Source of the DNA: Candidatus Nomurabacteria bacterium
GTDB taxonomy: Bacteria; Patescibacteriota; Saccharimonadia; Saccharimonadales; JAGQNJ01
Direction of reading: 5' to 3'
Assembly: GCA_023898625.1 (NCBI GenBank)
Contig: CP060231.1
Location: 609,890 to 673,889 of the forward strand
DNA: 64,000 nucleotides
The notes beneath the pieces are model-generated. The model did not search any database. It was not told the DNA's origin and worked only from the letters and a program-made list of their open reading frames with translations. A program made the position numbers and the translations under genes. Of the stretch, positions 19,678 to 29,724 are shown one piece after another. How positions within the stretch are numbered: the stretch's first letter is position 1; each line of letters starts with the position of its first letter.

Positions 19678-20733
19678 ATGTACAGAAAATCACATCGATA
19701 CCGTTGGCTAAGAATAATAGTTATCCTTGCGGTCGCAGGAGCTATATTATTGGTAGGTGGTATAATTGTAGCTAGAAAATACTACGATACAAACCTCAAA
19801 CCTGTTAGTTCTCAACAGTCTTTAGTTGAAGTTACAATCGAAGAAGGATCAACACTACCAGAGATTAGTAAACTGCTTAAAGATCGCAAACTTATTAGAA
19901 ATAAGCAAGTTTTTGAGCAATATGTTCGAAACAATGGCGCCGATGAAGCAATTAAGGCCGGCACTTATGAGATTAGTCCAAGCTATGGAGTTCCAGAAAT
20001 TGTCTCAATACTAACCAAAGGTAAAATAGTGAGTAAATTAGTCACAATTTTACCTGGTGCGAGAATCGACCAAGTCAAGACAATGTTAATCAATGCTGGA
20101 TTCTCAAAAGATGATGCAGAGTCAGCCTTGAATCCTTCGAATTACACTGACCATCCTGCATTGGTGGATAAACCCAAAAACGCGAGCCTAGAAGGTTACT
20201 TGTATCCAGAATCTTTTGAAAGAACCTCTAACACATCAGCAAAACAGATAATCAATGCTTCGTTAGATGAAATGCAAAAGAGGTTAACTCCAGAATTAAG
20301 GCAGGCATTTAATCAACAAGGTTTGACAACTCACCAAGCGGTCATTTTAGCCTCAATAGTTGAAAGAGAGGTTTCAAAACCAGAGGATAGAGCACAGGTG
20401 GCGCAGGTTTTTCTTAAGAGAATAAAGATGGGCATGAAATTACAGTCTGACGCTACAGCTAGCTATGGGGCGGTACTAAACGGCGAAGACATTAATAATA
20501 TGACTAGCTCGCAAATACTGAATTACAACTCGGCATATAATACATATTTGAATACCGGATTACCTCCTGGTCCAATTAGCAATGTATCTGAGGCATCATT
20601 AAAGGCTGTCGCCAATCCTGCACAGACTGATTGGTTGTATTTTGTATCGGGTGATGATAAGGTGACTTATTTCTCAAAAACACTAGAAGAGCACGAGGCG
20701 CTGGTTCAGCAACACTGCAAAACAAACTGCTGA
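19678..20733 (+). CDS. mltG: Endolytic murein transglycosylase MltG (YceG-like)
   Basis: 351 aa. N-terminal TM, LASIVEREV, SAYNTYLNTGLPPGPISN, YFVS motifs. Confidence 0.9.
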   Translation: MYRKSHRYRWLRIIVILAVAGAILLVGGIIVARKYYDTNLKPVSSQQSLVEVTIEEGSTLPEISKLLKDRKLIRNKQVFEQYVRNNGADEAIKAGTYEISPSYGVPEIVSILTKGKIVSKLVTILPGARIDQVKTMLINAGFSKDDAESALNPSNYTDHPALVDKPKNASLEGYLYPESFERTSNTSAKQIINASLDEMQKRLTPELRQAFNQQGLTTHQAVILASIVEREVSKPEDRAQVAQVFLKRIKMGMKLQSDATASYGAVLNGEDINNMTSSQILNYNSAYNTYLNTGLPPGPISNVSEASLKAVANPAQTDWLYFVSGDDKVTYFSKTLEEHEALVQQHCKTNC

Positions 20734-20767
20734 AACTAGTAAATCATTGGTCAATCTCTACAAACTA

Positions 20768-21535
20768 TTAGTTTTCATTGTAATTTTTTGTACCAATAAT
20801 GGTAAAACTTTCTGATGCTTGAGATCGCAATAATCCGTATGAAATTAATTGGTAAAAACGCCATGCTACATGAGCCGGTAAGAAAAAACTAAAGTAAGTA
20901 CACTGGTAATAGGGTATAACTTTTTGAACTGTAACATTGTTAGATTCTAATAGGCGAGTTATTTTATCTGGAGTACATTGATTGTAATATGCCGGGAACC
21001 CTTGAGCATGTTCCGTCCCGGGGAAAATACTAAAAAGGAGTTTTCGTTTAATCGATTCTGGGAGCCATCTGTTGATTATTGCAAATAATGCGTATCGTGA
21101 TGGAATAAATAATGCGATTGTTCCTTGATTTGCAGTAAGTTCTGAGATATTTTTGATGGCCTGGGCATTGTTTTTTACATGCTCAAGTACTGCTTCGCAA
21201 ATAACCACAGTTGCGTTAATTCCTTTTGTTTTTGTATCACTACTTCCAATGTCTGCAACCATAGTTTTGTCATAAATATTTGGTGGAGCTTGTTCGAGTT
21301 CGTGCTTATCAATATCTATTCCGATTATATACTGTGATTGTTTTGGGATCTCAGTTCCGATAAACGGACGCTTGCCAGCGCCTACATCACAAACGCGACT
21401 GTTTTTTCGAATCAAGTCAGGAACTACGTTGTGCGTAAAGTCTAGTAATCCATCTATTCTCCAAGACTTGGGTACGAATAAATTATCGAATTTCTGGCAA
21501 GCAACTTGATTCCAGTGCACAAACTTTTGAAACAT
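20768..21535 (-). CDS. Class I SAM-dependent methyltransferase
   Basis: 255 aa. Motif I VCDVGAGKRPF, acidic loop GIDID, post-I region. No substrate assignment possible. Confidence 0.75.
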   Translation of the reverse strand: MFQKFVHWNQVACQKFDNLFVPKSWRIDGLLDFTHNVVPDLIRKNSRVCDVGAGKRPFIGTEIPKQSQYIIGIDIDKHELEQAPPNIYDKTMVADIGSSDTKTKGINATVVICEAVLEHVKNNAQAIKNISELTANQGTIALFIPSRYALFAIINRWLPESIKRKLLFSIFPGTEHAQGFPAYYNQCTPDKITRLLESNNVTVQKVIPYYQCTYFSFFLPAHVAWRFYQLISYGLLRSQASESFTIIGTKNYNEN

Positions 21536-21851
21536 AGTCTGTATTATACCTTGAAAAAGTACTGTACTAATAGTTCAATAAACTAAACTTGCGCCAATTA
21601 TACATACGAGCACACTGCTTGAATTACTAGCACAAAATATGATAAAATGTTACACGATAATGCTTGTAATTGTTATGCAACAAGAACAATCATCATCCAT
21701 CCAACAGGATAATTATCAATAACTTGAGTGGTCGAACTCTCAAGAATCGTTACAAATCAACCTGTTGTATGTTTAGGCCATAGCCTAAGGAGTAAGTATT
21801 AGTACGCAATCTCAAACTATTGAACGCGACACAAACTCACGTTTAAATGGT

Positions 21852-22949
21852 TTGCAATCAGATATCAAGAATCAAAAGCTATACAAGCGATTGATGAACA
21901 AAAAAAACAAGCGTAAGACTATAGGATTCTCTTTGTTATTTGCTAATGTTTTATTAATTGCTCTAGTATCGTTTTTTGTTCTCCAAAAACCTTCTGCCTC
22001 TGGAACTACTATATCTAATGCGATATTGACCACTAAATCAGACGCTGTTGCCAACCCTCTAGACACATTATCTTCAGCAGACATTGCGCTAAGTGTCGCG
22101 CGTGTAACTGATTTGCCTGAGCAAACTGCAGTGGCTAACTTGGCGGATAGTATGAATGACCAGCTTACTGTAACACCGGCGAATGATATTGTGGTTGCTC
22201 AGCCACAAATCATCGCAAGTGGACTTAAATCTAGGGCGGATATTCATGAATATACCGTACAGCAAGGTGATACGGTGGCTAGTATTGCTCAAAAATTTGG
22301 CATAACTTCTGACACAATAAAATGGACAAATAATCTTACGGGTGACAATGTTCAGGCGGGCACAAAACTTACTATTTCGCCAGTTAATGGCCTGGTTTAT
22401 ACTATTCAGTCAGGTGATACCATAGATGGGTTAGTAAGTAAGTTTAGGGTAGATAAGGCAAAGTTTGTTGCATTTAATGACTTAGAATCAGGTAGTTTAC
22501 CGGGTGCTGGACAAAAAGTAGTTTTACCAGATGGCAAACCGGCTCCGGTATCAGCTCGAAGTGGTGGTCAATCCTCGTCAGCATTCGGTAGGGCATCTGG
22601 ATTTACTGCTGTTTATGGTGCCGCAAACGGATATGATTTTGGGTATTGTACTTGGCACGCCGCTAATCGTCGAGCACAAGCTGGACACCCACTTCCTACT
22701 AACCTAGGGCATGCACGGACATGGTATTCTAGGGCACAAGGTGCTGGCATGGCGGTGGGCAATACTCCACAAGCTGGTGCTGTTTTATGGCATGCCAACA
22801 TAGGTGGACTGGGACACGTTGCCTATGTAGAGGCAGTTAACGGTGATGGCTCTATGTTGGTTTCTGACATGAACTATCCGACATGGGGTAGGGTTACCTA
22901 TCGAACGGTTCCACCTAGTGAATTCGGGAACTACAGGTTTATATACTAG
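21852..22949 (+). CDS. Secreted peptidoglycan hydrolase: 2x LysM + C-terminal CHAP domain
   Basis: 365-aa ORF (TTG 21852; ATG 21894 is an alternative). TM/signal FSLLFANVLLIALVSFF. LysM YTVQQGDTVASIAQKFGI and YTIQSGDTIDGLVSKF. CHAP Cys (GYCTWHAANR) and His (GHVAYVEAV). Confidence 0.85.
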   Translation: MQSDIKNQKLYKRLMNKKNKRKTIGFSLLFANVLLIALVSFFVLQKPSASGTTISNAILTTKSDAVANPLDTLSSADIALSVARVTDLPEQTAVANLADSMNDQLTVTPANDIVVAQPQIIASGLKSRADIHEYTVQQGDTVASIAQKFGITSDTIKWTNNLTGDNVQAGTKLTISPVNGLVYTIQSGDTIDGLVSKFRVDKAKFVAFNDLESGSLPGAGQKVVLPDGKPAPVSARSGGQSSSAFGRASGFTAVYGAANGYDFGYCTWHAANRRAQAGHPLPTNLGHARTWYSRAQGAGMAVGNTPQAGAVLWHANIGGLGHVAYVEAVNGDGSMLVSDMNYPTWGRVTYRTVPPSEFGNYRFIY

Positions 22950-22986
22950 CAATAACGTAAAGATATTGTATAATTAGTATAATATT

Positions 22987-24261
22987 ATGTTTGTAGATAA
23001 GGTTAAAGTATTGGTTAAGGCGGGCGATGGCGGTAATGGTGTGGTTAGTTTTCGTCATGAAAAGTACGTTGACAAAGGCGGTCCTGACGGTGGAGACGGA
23101 GGAAATGGTGGTAGTGTAGTGGTAGTGGGGAGTAAAAATCAAGACACCCTAGCTACTTACCGTTTCAAAAAGAAGATTACTGCAGAAAATGGTCATCCTG
23201 GGTCTGAGAGAAAAAAACACGGCAAGAGTGGTCGAGATTTGGTAGTTCAACTACCTGTTGGAACTGTAATCACAAAAAACGACGGAACAATACTGGCAGA
23301 TTTGGTTGATGAAGAGCAGAAAGTAATAATCGCCAAAGGTGGTAAGGGTGGTTTTGGTAATGCTCATTTCTCCTCATCTGTTCGGCAAGTTCCTAGAGTT
23401 GCAGAAAAGGGCGAACCAGGTGAAGACCTAGAGTTGACCTTTGAACTTAAACTAATCGCTGATGTTGGCCTTGTTGGATTGCCAAATGCTGGAAAATCAA
23501 CATTATTATCACGAATAAGCCATGCCAAGCCAGAAATAGCAAATTATCCGTTTACAACCCTAACACCGAATCTTGGGGTGGTTGACGTAGATGGCGAGTC
23601 AAGTTTCTTGGTAGCAGACATACCTGGATTGATAGAGGGTGCTAGTGATGGCAAGGGTTTGGGTGACGAGTTTTTGCGTCACATCGAAAGAACTAGCGTT
23701 ATTTTACATTTAGTGGAGGCTTACAGTGATGATATTACAAAAAATTATAAGACTATTCAAAATGAACTAAAGAATTATGGACACAACTTAAGTAGTAAGC
23801 CACAGATTGTTCTTATCACTAAGGTTGATGGGCTGGACGAAGATATCATAAAGGATATTCACGGACAATTAAAAAAGATAGCGCCACCAAGAACTAAAAT
23901 AATGACAATATCATCATTAAGTGGAGTCGGATTAGTGGAGATGCTTAGGGAAGTGTTAAGACTTGTAAAAAAAGAAAAACTGCGTATCGACAAACAAAAA
24001 GAATCTACTCTGCCTATCCTAACATTCGAAGAACCAGCAGACAGGTGGCATATTCAAAAACAAAAAAATGAATATGTTGTAACTGGGAAAAAAATTGAGA
24101 GTTTTGCAAGACGAACTGACTTTTCAGACTACCATGGAATACAGCGTTTGAGGGATATCTTAAAAAAGATGGGAATTATTAACGCACTAGTTAAGCAAGG
24201 CATTGACCCCGGACAGCAGATAATAATTGGCGATCCAGCAATCGGTAAAGTTGATTACTAA
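22987..24261 (+). CDS. obg: GTPase Obg/CgtA
   Basis: 424 aa. FVDKVKVLVKAGDGGNGVVSFRHEKY, G1 GLPNAGKST, G3 DIPGLIEGA, TKVD, C-terminal OCT-like domain. Confidence 0.93.
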   Translation: MFVDKVKVLVKAGDGGNGVVSFRHEKYVDKGGPDGGDGGNGGSVVVVGSKNQDTLATYRFKKKITAENGHPGSERKKHGKSGRDLVVQLPVGTVITKNDGTILADLVDEEQKVIIAKGGKGGFGNAHFSSSVRQVPRVAEKGEPGEDLELTFELKLIADVGLVGLPNAGKSTLLSRISHAKPEIANYPFTTLTPNLGVVDVDGESSFLVADIPGLIEGASDGKGLGDEFLRHIERTSVILHLVEAYSDDITKNYKTIQNELKNYGHNLSSKPQIVLITKVDGLDEDIIKDIHGQLKKIAPPRTKIMTISSLSGVGLVEMLREVLRLVKKEKLRIDKQKESTLPILTFEEPADRWHIQKQKNEYVVTGKKIESFARRTDFSDYHGIQRLRDILKKMGIINALVKQGIDPGQQIIIGDPAIGKVDY

Positions 24262-24264
24262 TTT

Positions 24265-25203
24265 TTAGTGATAGATATGAATTTTAGAGTATATCTTATG
24301 TTTAATAGACAATCCGTATTCTGCGATTACCACCCCAACTAGTATCAGAACACCACCTAGCGTAGCGATAATAGAAAGAGGTTCTTTTAAAAATATAATT
24401 GAAATAAGAAGAGTTATAAATACCCCACAATAGTAAAGAATGCCGTTTACGGCTGATCCAGTCTTCTCATAACTAGCAACGTTAAGAACTCTACTTATGG
24501 CAGTTACAAAAATTCCAGAATAGACGATCGGTATTATGATAGAGGGGCTAGAAGTAATACCGATCGATAACGTAAGTTGACTTGTGGATATACCCCAAAT
24601 AAAAGATAGAATTGCCACAACAATCGTTTGGATAAATATGATGGCAGTTAAAGGAAGTTTTTTGCGCTCTTCGTTGGCTTTTCGGGCAAAAATTACTGAT
24701 AGCGGGTAAGCAATTACAATTAATAAAATAAAGAATGTGGCAAGCGGGTAAAACTCAAGCGAGGCGTTTTCTGTCTTTATTAATGGTCCAGCAATTATTA
24801 TTAGCGCCCCAAGCAGTGCTATGCTAAATCCCGCAATCTTTCTAATATCAACCTTATCCTTAGTCATTTTTAACGAAAACAGTACTAGCATAATTGGACT
24901 TAGAATTGTTAATAATGCTACGTAATTTGCGGTGCTATGATCCAGGGCTATTACTAGGCAAGCTGAAGATACGAATATGGCAATGCCCGATAAAACTGAG
25001 TATCGAAGGTTGTTTTTGTTTAGTTTATGAATATTTTTGAAAAAATATGGAAACGTTACTAACGCGCCAAAACTGTACCTCAGGGCGTTAATTGTTGCTG
25101 GATTGGTTGATTCGGTGGCGTATTTCATTAGTGGTATATTCAGAGATCCTAGTAACATTGCCAAAAATCCATACCAAAAATACTTTTTGTTTGTTTTTGC
25201 CAT
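24265..25203 (-). CDS. EamA/DMT-family transporter
   Basis: 312 aa, about 10 predicted TM helices in two similar halves. Confidence 0.75.
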   Translation of the reverse strand: MAKTNKKYFWYGFLAMLLGSLNIPLMKYATESTNPATINALRYSFGALVTFPYFFKNIHKLNKNNLRYSVLSGIAIFVSSACLVIALDHSTANYVALLTILSPIMLVLFSLKMTKDKVDIRKIAGFSIALLGALIIIAGPLIKTENASLEFYPLATFFILLIVIAYPLSVIFARKANEERKKLPLTAIIFIQTIVVAILSFIWGISTSQLTLSIGITSSPSIIIPIVYSGIFVTAISRVLNVASYEKTGSAVNGILYYCGVFITLLISIIFLKEPLSIIATLGGVLILVGVVIAEYGLSIKHKIYSKIHIYH

Positions 25204-25288
25204 AAGCTATATAAATCATATAACGTTTTGGTAATTTTTGCGAGTCATATCATCAGCATCAGATATAAAAAGTGGTACACTATTCGGT

Positions 25289-26722
25289 ATGCAGGAGACA
25301 TTCTTTTTCTATGATTTAGAGACTAGTGGCATAAATCCTAGGGAACAACGGATTATGCAATTTGCTGGCCAGCGTACAGATTTGTCAATGAATCCAATCG
25401 GCGATCCGTTTAATATCCTAATAAAGTTAACAGAAGATGTCTTGCCAGATCCAGATGCAATTTTAGTAACTGGCATAACCCCTCAGCAGACTATCGATGA
25501 CGGATTAACAGAAGTAGAATTTTTGAAGCTATTTCATAAAGAAATTACCTTGCCTGGAACAATATTTGTTGGCTTCAATACTGTAAGGTTTGATGACGAG
25601 TTCATGAGATACTTGCACTACCGTAACTACTACGATGCTTACCAGTGGCACTGGCAGAACGGATGTAGTAGATGGGACTTGTTAGATTTGACAAGAATGA
25701 CTAGAGCATTACGCCCAGAAAACATCATGTGGCCAGTTGATTCAGAGGGTAAACCGACTAATCGGTTAGAGTTACTAACTAGTATTAACAATTTAGATCA
25801 TCAAAATGCCCATGATGCATTGAGTGATGTTCGAGCCACCATTAGTGTGGCTAAAATGTTAAACGAAAGGCAACCACGACTCTTTAAGTATTTACTAAAG
25901 ATGCGTGACAAAAATGAAGTAGAGCGTCTTGTAAAATCGGGCGATCGATTTGTGTATTCTAGCGGTAAATATAGTGGTGATTTTGAGAAAACAACAATAG
26001 CAGTCTATCTGGCGGATAACCCTAAATCTGGCGCATTGGTGTATGATTTGCGATTTGATCCGACTCCTTGGTTGAACATGCCTGCTAATCAGCTAGTAGA
26101 GGCCTGGAAATGGAAGAAAGACAGTCAAGAACCAAGACTGCCAATTAAAACACTGCAATATAATCGATGCCCTGCTGTTGCTCCTAGCGCTGTGTTGGAT
26201 GATCAGTCAAAACAACGATTGAAATTCGATATGGACGAAATAGTCAAACATCATCAAATACTCAGTAATAACAAAAAATTTGTAATTTCAGTACTGAAGG
26301 CTTTAGAAATAATGAATAAACAGCAACAGTTGGCGTGGCAAGCAGACCAAAAGCTTGTTGATGGCCAATTGTATGATGGATTTTTTAAGCCGATAGATAA
26401 GCCCAAAATGGAACAGATTCAAAAAATAGATAGTTCATTAATTAACAATAAACCACCAGACTTTAGTGACAATAGACTTAACGCATTGTGGCTACTATAT
26501 AAAGCACGAAACTTCAGCGACAAATTAGATGCTCAGGACATACAGCAGTGGGACGAGTACAGAAAGCATAAATTTTTTGATGGAGACGAGCAAAGCCGTG
26601 TAAGTAAGTACTTTTCGCGTATCGAGGAGCTTGCAAATAACAAGACACTAATTAAAAAGCAAAGGTATCTACTAGAAGATTTAAAGCTTTACGGAGAGAG
26701 TATATTACCAGACCTTAGCTAA
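25289..26722 (+). CDS. sbcB: Exodeoxyribonuclease I (SbcB)
   Basis: FFFYDLETSG (Exo I), GFNTVRFDDEF (Exo II), HDALSDV (Exo III). The ORF is open from TTG 25238, but ATG 25289 sits 7 nt after TGgTACACT (25276-25281) and gives an E. coli-like N-terminus. Confidence 0.85.
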   Translation: MQETFFFYDLETSGINPREQRIMQFAGQRTDLSMNPIGDPFNILIKLTEDVLPDPDAILVTGITPQQTIDDGLTEVEFLKLFHKEITLPGTIFVGFNTVRFDDEFMRYLHYRNYYDAYQWHWQNGCSRWDLLDLTRMTRALRPENIMWPVDSEGKPTNRLELLTSINNLDHQNAHDALSDVRATISVAKMLNERQPRLFKYLLKMRDKNEVERLVKSGDRFVYSSGKYSGDFEKTTIAVYLADNPKSGALVYDLRFDPTPWLNMPANQLVEAWKWKKDSQEPRLPIKTLQYNRCPAVAPSAVLDDQSKQRLKFDMDEIVKHHQILSNNKKFVISVLKALEIMNKQQQLAWQADQKLVDGQLYDGFFKPIDKPKMEQIQKIDSSLINNKPPDFSDNRLNALWLLYKARNFSDKLDAQDIQQWDEYRKHKFFDGDEQSRVSKYFSRIEELANNKTLIKKQRYLLEDLKLYGESILPDLS

Positions 26723-26888
26723 AAAGCTGTAATTGAGTCGATTCTTTATTACGGCGCTTTGTTGAATGGGTTTTATGGTAAAACACTAACACGCTAATAG
26801 AAAGTGCTAGCCCAACAAGCAAGTACCAAAATAATGTAATTTCTAAGTTTGTGCCAGGGATATGCCCCAATACTAAGAACTCCAACAT
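26715..26888 (-). CDS. Small membrane protein (57 aa), below the ORF-track cutoff
   Basis: AAAGGAG SD 7 nt upstream of the ATG (26888). Translation is MLEFLVLGHIPGTNLEITLFWYLLVGLALSISVLVFYHKTHSTKRRNKESTQLQLFS: one TM plus a basic tail. The 3' end overlaps the sbcB stop by 8 nt (convergent). Confidence 0.5.
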   Translation of the reverse strand: MLEFLVLGHIPGTNLEITLFWYLLVGLALSISVLVFYHKTHSTKRRNKESTQLQLFS

Positions 26889-26960
26889 AAGTCCACTCCT
26901 TTTGAGTGTATTCTACACCTAGTTGTAAAAAAGTCAAGTATATTGTAAAACGCTAATGAT

Positions 26961-27452
26961 TTATTTTTGGCGCTTTTGTTTAATTTGTTTTGAAATTCTC
27001 TGTAACCTCTTGCGGTTTCCAATGAACAGCCAAATACTCGTAAACATCAAGCCAGAAAACAAAACTTTAAAAAACGTTGATCGAGTGGTAGAAATAACAT
27101 AACAGCTAAGCGTGAATAACAGAAAAGATATGATATCAAAAATTAATTGTACTCTAGGTTTTTCGCTAAAAATAATCTCAGACAAACGATTGCCGTGATG
27201 CCCTAGACTGTTGATGAGTCTTTCTGCCCATTCATGATTGCTGGCAAGCAGTGCCAGGCCACCTAAGAATAATGGTATGCCACCAGGACCGGGAAGCCAT
27301 CCAACCAACCCCGACGCAATAATTAGAAGCACTCCAAGAATATCAACCCCAATTTTTTTTGGCAGAGATCTTTCTTTATGGAGCGCCTTCTTAATATCTT
27401 TGTGCTCAAGTTGCATGTCTATATATTTTATCAAATCAGTGGTTAATGGCAT
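26961..27452 (-). CDS. PGPGW-domain membrane protein
   Basis: 163 aa. GWLPGPGGIPLFLGGLALLA motif, about 4 TM helices. Confidence 0.7.
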   Translation of the reverse strand: MPLTTDLIKYIDMQLEHKDIKKALHKERSLPKKIGVDILGVLLIIASGLVGWLPGPGGIPLFLGGLALLASNHEWAERLINSLGHHGNRLSEIIFSEKPRVQLIFDIISFLLFTLSCYVISTTRSTFFKVLFSGLMFTSIWLFIGNRKRLQRISKQIKQKRQK

Positions 27453-27648
27453 AAACTAAAGGCCACATGGTTATAAATGAAGCAAATCAAAAAGATATAA
27501 ATTTTATTTGACTAGAGAAGCACAATGTATTACCATAAACACTATAAATATAAAGTGTATATTATTTACTAAGTAGCACATTAAGCAAACTATTAAATAA
27601 TTAAGTTAACAAAACTTTACTAAGAGGGGTGTAATAAATAAACTAACC

Positions 27649-29493
27649 ATGAAAAACCTTCTAACGAAACTATCTATATCAACAAACAAACTAAAAACTA
27701 TAAACTACCTAATACTATCCCTACTATTCACCATAACCACCCTAATACCATTAACTACCAGCACAGCCAACGCCACACCACTACCTACTGATGTGCCAGA
27801 ACATGTTTGGACTAAGGGTAATGGAGATGGAGTATTCAGAAGCCCTAGAGGCATCACCACCGACTCCGCTGGCAATGTCTATGTGGCCGATAAGGGCAAC
27901 AACCGTATTCAAAAGTTTGATAGCTCCGGTACCTTCCTGGCCAAGTGGGGCAGTTATGGTTCGGCTGATGGTGAGTTTGATGGCCCTTCTGGCATCACCA
28001 CCGACTCCTCCGGCAATATCTATGTAGCTGAAATGTATAACAACCGCATCCAAAAGTTCAATTCCTCCGGCACCTTCCTAGCCAAGTGGGGCGCCTCTGG
28101 CTCAGGCGATGGGGAATTTGATCGTCCTTACGATATAACAACTGACTCTTCTGGTAATGTCTATGTAGTCGAAATGTATAACCACCGCATCCAAAAGTTC
28201 GACTCTAATGGCACCTTTCTTGCCAAGTGGGGCAGTAATGGCTCAGCCGATGGTCAGTTTAGCTATCCTGACGGCATTACCACCGACTCCTCCGGTAATG
28301 TCTATGTAGCCGATGCAGGTAACAGCCGCATCCAAAAGTTTGATAGCTCCGGCACCTTCCTAGCCAAGTGGGGTAGTAGTGGCTCAGCCGATGGGGAGTT
28401 TAGCTATCCTTATGGCATCACCACCGACTCCTCTGGTAATGTCTATGTAGCAGATGCTGGCAACCACCGCATCCAAAAGTTCAACTCCTCCGGCACCTTC
28501 CTAACCAAGTGGGGTAGTAGTGGCTCAGCCGATGGGGAGTTTAGCTATCCTTATGGCATCACCACCGACTCCTCCGGCAATGTCTATGTAGCTGATTCTG
28601 GCAACAACCGTATCCAGAAGTTCGATGCTAACGGCACCTTCCTAACCAAGTGGGGCAGTAATGGTTCAGCTGACGGGGAGTTTATTATTCCATATGATAT
28701 AACCACCGACTCCTTTGGCAATGTCTATGTAGCTGATACTGGCAACAACCGCATCCAAAAGTTCGACTCTAATGGCACCTTCCTAGCCAAATGGGGCACC
28801 CTTGGCTCGGCTGATGGTGAGTTTATTATTATGTATGGCGCAGGGCTACACATAGATAATTTTGACAATTTATATGTCTCCGAGTTCCTCAACAGCCGCA
28901 TCCAAAAGTTTGCCTATCCTAGCGAAGAACCTGAAACCCCAGAAGAATCTTCCTCCGACTCCGACGGTATCCCCGACACCATCGAAAACTCTGCCCCCAA
29001 CTCTGGCGATGCTAACAATGATGGTATAGCCGATAGTACTCAAGCTAATGTAGCTAGCTATGTTAACCCAGTAACCAATAGCTATGTAGTACTCCAAACA
29101 TCCAGTGAATGTAGTATCACTACCACTACTACAACTAGTGAAGATAACCTAACTATAAAAGACTCTGGCTATAACTATCCAGTAGGACTAACTAACTTCA
29201 CTACTGACTGTAATACCCCGGGCTTTACTGCTACCATAAATCTCTACTACTACAACCTAGATAGTACTAACTATGTACTAAGAAAACATAACCCTAACAA
29301 TAACTCTTTCCTTACTATAGCTAACCCTACACTAACTAACCTAACTATAGACAATAAACCAGTAACCAAAGTAACCTACCAAGTTACTGACGGACAACAA
29401 CTAGACATAGACAACACCACTAACGGAACCATAGTAGACCCAGTAGGCCTAGCTACACTAGCTGTAGGAAGTCCTAATACGGGGTTGAGATAG
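27649..29493 (+). CDS. Secreted NHL-repeat (beta-propeller) protein with acidic DxDG linker and C-terminal beta-rich domain
   Basis: 614 aa. Signal/TM LILSLLFTITTLIPLTTSTANA. Eight copies of ..GITTDSSGNVYVAD.GNNRIQKFDSSGTFLAKWGS.GSADGEF... Then SDSDGIPDTIEN..GDANNDGIADSTQANV. Confidence 0.85.
   Translation: MKNLLTKLSISTNKLKTINYLILSLLFTITTLIPLTTSTANATPLPTDVPEHVWTKGNGDGVFRSPRGITTDSAGNVYVADKGNNRIQKFDSSGTFLAKWGSYGSADGEFDGPSGITTDSSGNIYVAEMYNNRIQKFNSSGTFLAKWGASGSGDGEFDRPYDITTDSSGNVYVVEMYNHRIQKFDSNGTFLAKWGSNGSADGQFSYPDGITTDSSGNVYVADAGNSRIQKFDSSGTFLAKWGSSGSADGEFSYPYGITTDSSGNVYVADAGNHRIQKFNSSGTFLTKWGSSGSADGEFSYPYGITTDSSGNVYVADSGNNRIQKFDANGTFLTKWGSNGSADGEFIIPYDITTDSFGNVYVADTGNNRIQKFDSNGTFLAKWGTLGSADGEFIIMYGAGLHIDNFDNLYVSEFLNSRIQKFAYPSEEPETPEESSSDSDGIPDTIENSAPNSGDANNDGIADSTQANVASYVNPVTNSYVVLQTSSECSITTTTTTSEDNLTIKDSGYNYPVGLTNFTTDCNTPGFTATINLYYYNLDSTNYVLRKHNPNNNSFLTIANPTLTNLTIDNKPVTKVTYQVTDGQQLDIDNTTNGTIVDPVGLATLAVGSPNTGLR
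27823..28920 (+). repeat. Tandem 141-bp (47-aa) NHL repeat array, about 8 copies, high nucleotide identity
   Basis: caaccg.at.caaaagtt recurs at 27900 and 28041, with period 141 across the array. Confidence 0.9.
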
Positions 29494-29520
29494 AGCAAGA
29501 TAAAACCATAAAAAGCTATT

Positions 29521-29702
29521 CTCTGAGGACTGTCCTCATAAAGAGGGAAAATATAGTCTCTGAGGACTGTCCTCATAAAGAGGGAAAATATGGTGTAGTA
29601 TGTTTTTGGTGGATTCCTGAGAGATTGGTCTCTGAGGACTGTCCTCATAAAGAGGGAGAATATGGTGTAGTATATTTTTTTGGTGGACTACTGAGAGATT
29701 GG
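29521..29702. repeat. Intergenic tandem repeat (one 36-bp short unit + two 72/74-bp units), each carrying the 13-bp palindrome GAGGACtGTCCTC
   Basis: Palindrome at 29525-29537, 29562-29574 and 29634-29646. The long units 29557-29628 and 29629-29702 share tctctgaggactgtcctcataaagaggga.aatatggtgtagtat..tttttggtgga...ctgagagattgg. Confidence 0.9.
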
Positions 29703-29724
29703 CGATATAAATGTCAATACGGGT

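Noticed and set aside
21536-21851. A 316-bp spacer upstream of the LysM-CHAP hydrolase as a possible cyclic-di-AMP (ydaO-type) or other riboswitch.
   Set aside because: I could not find the conserved ydaO core sequences or a convincing multi-helix fold by eye. It would need an Infernal scan to revisit.
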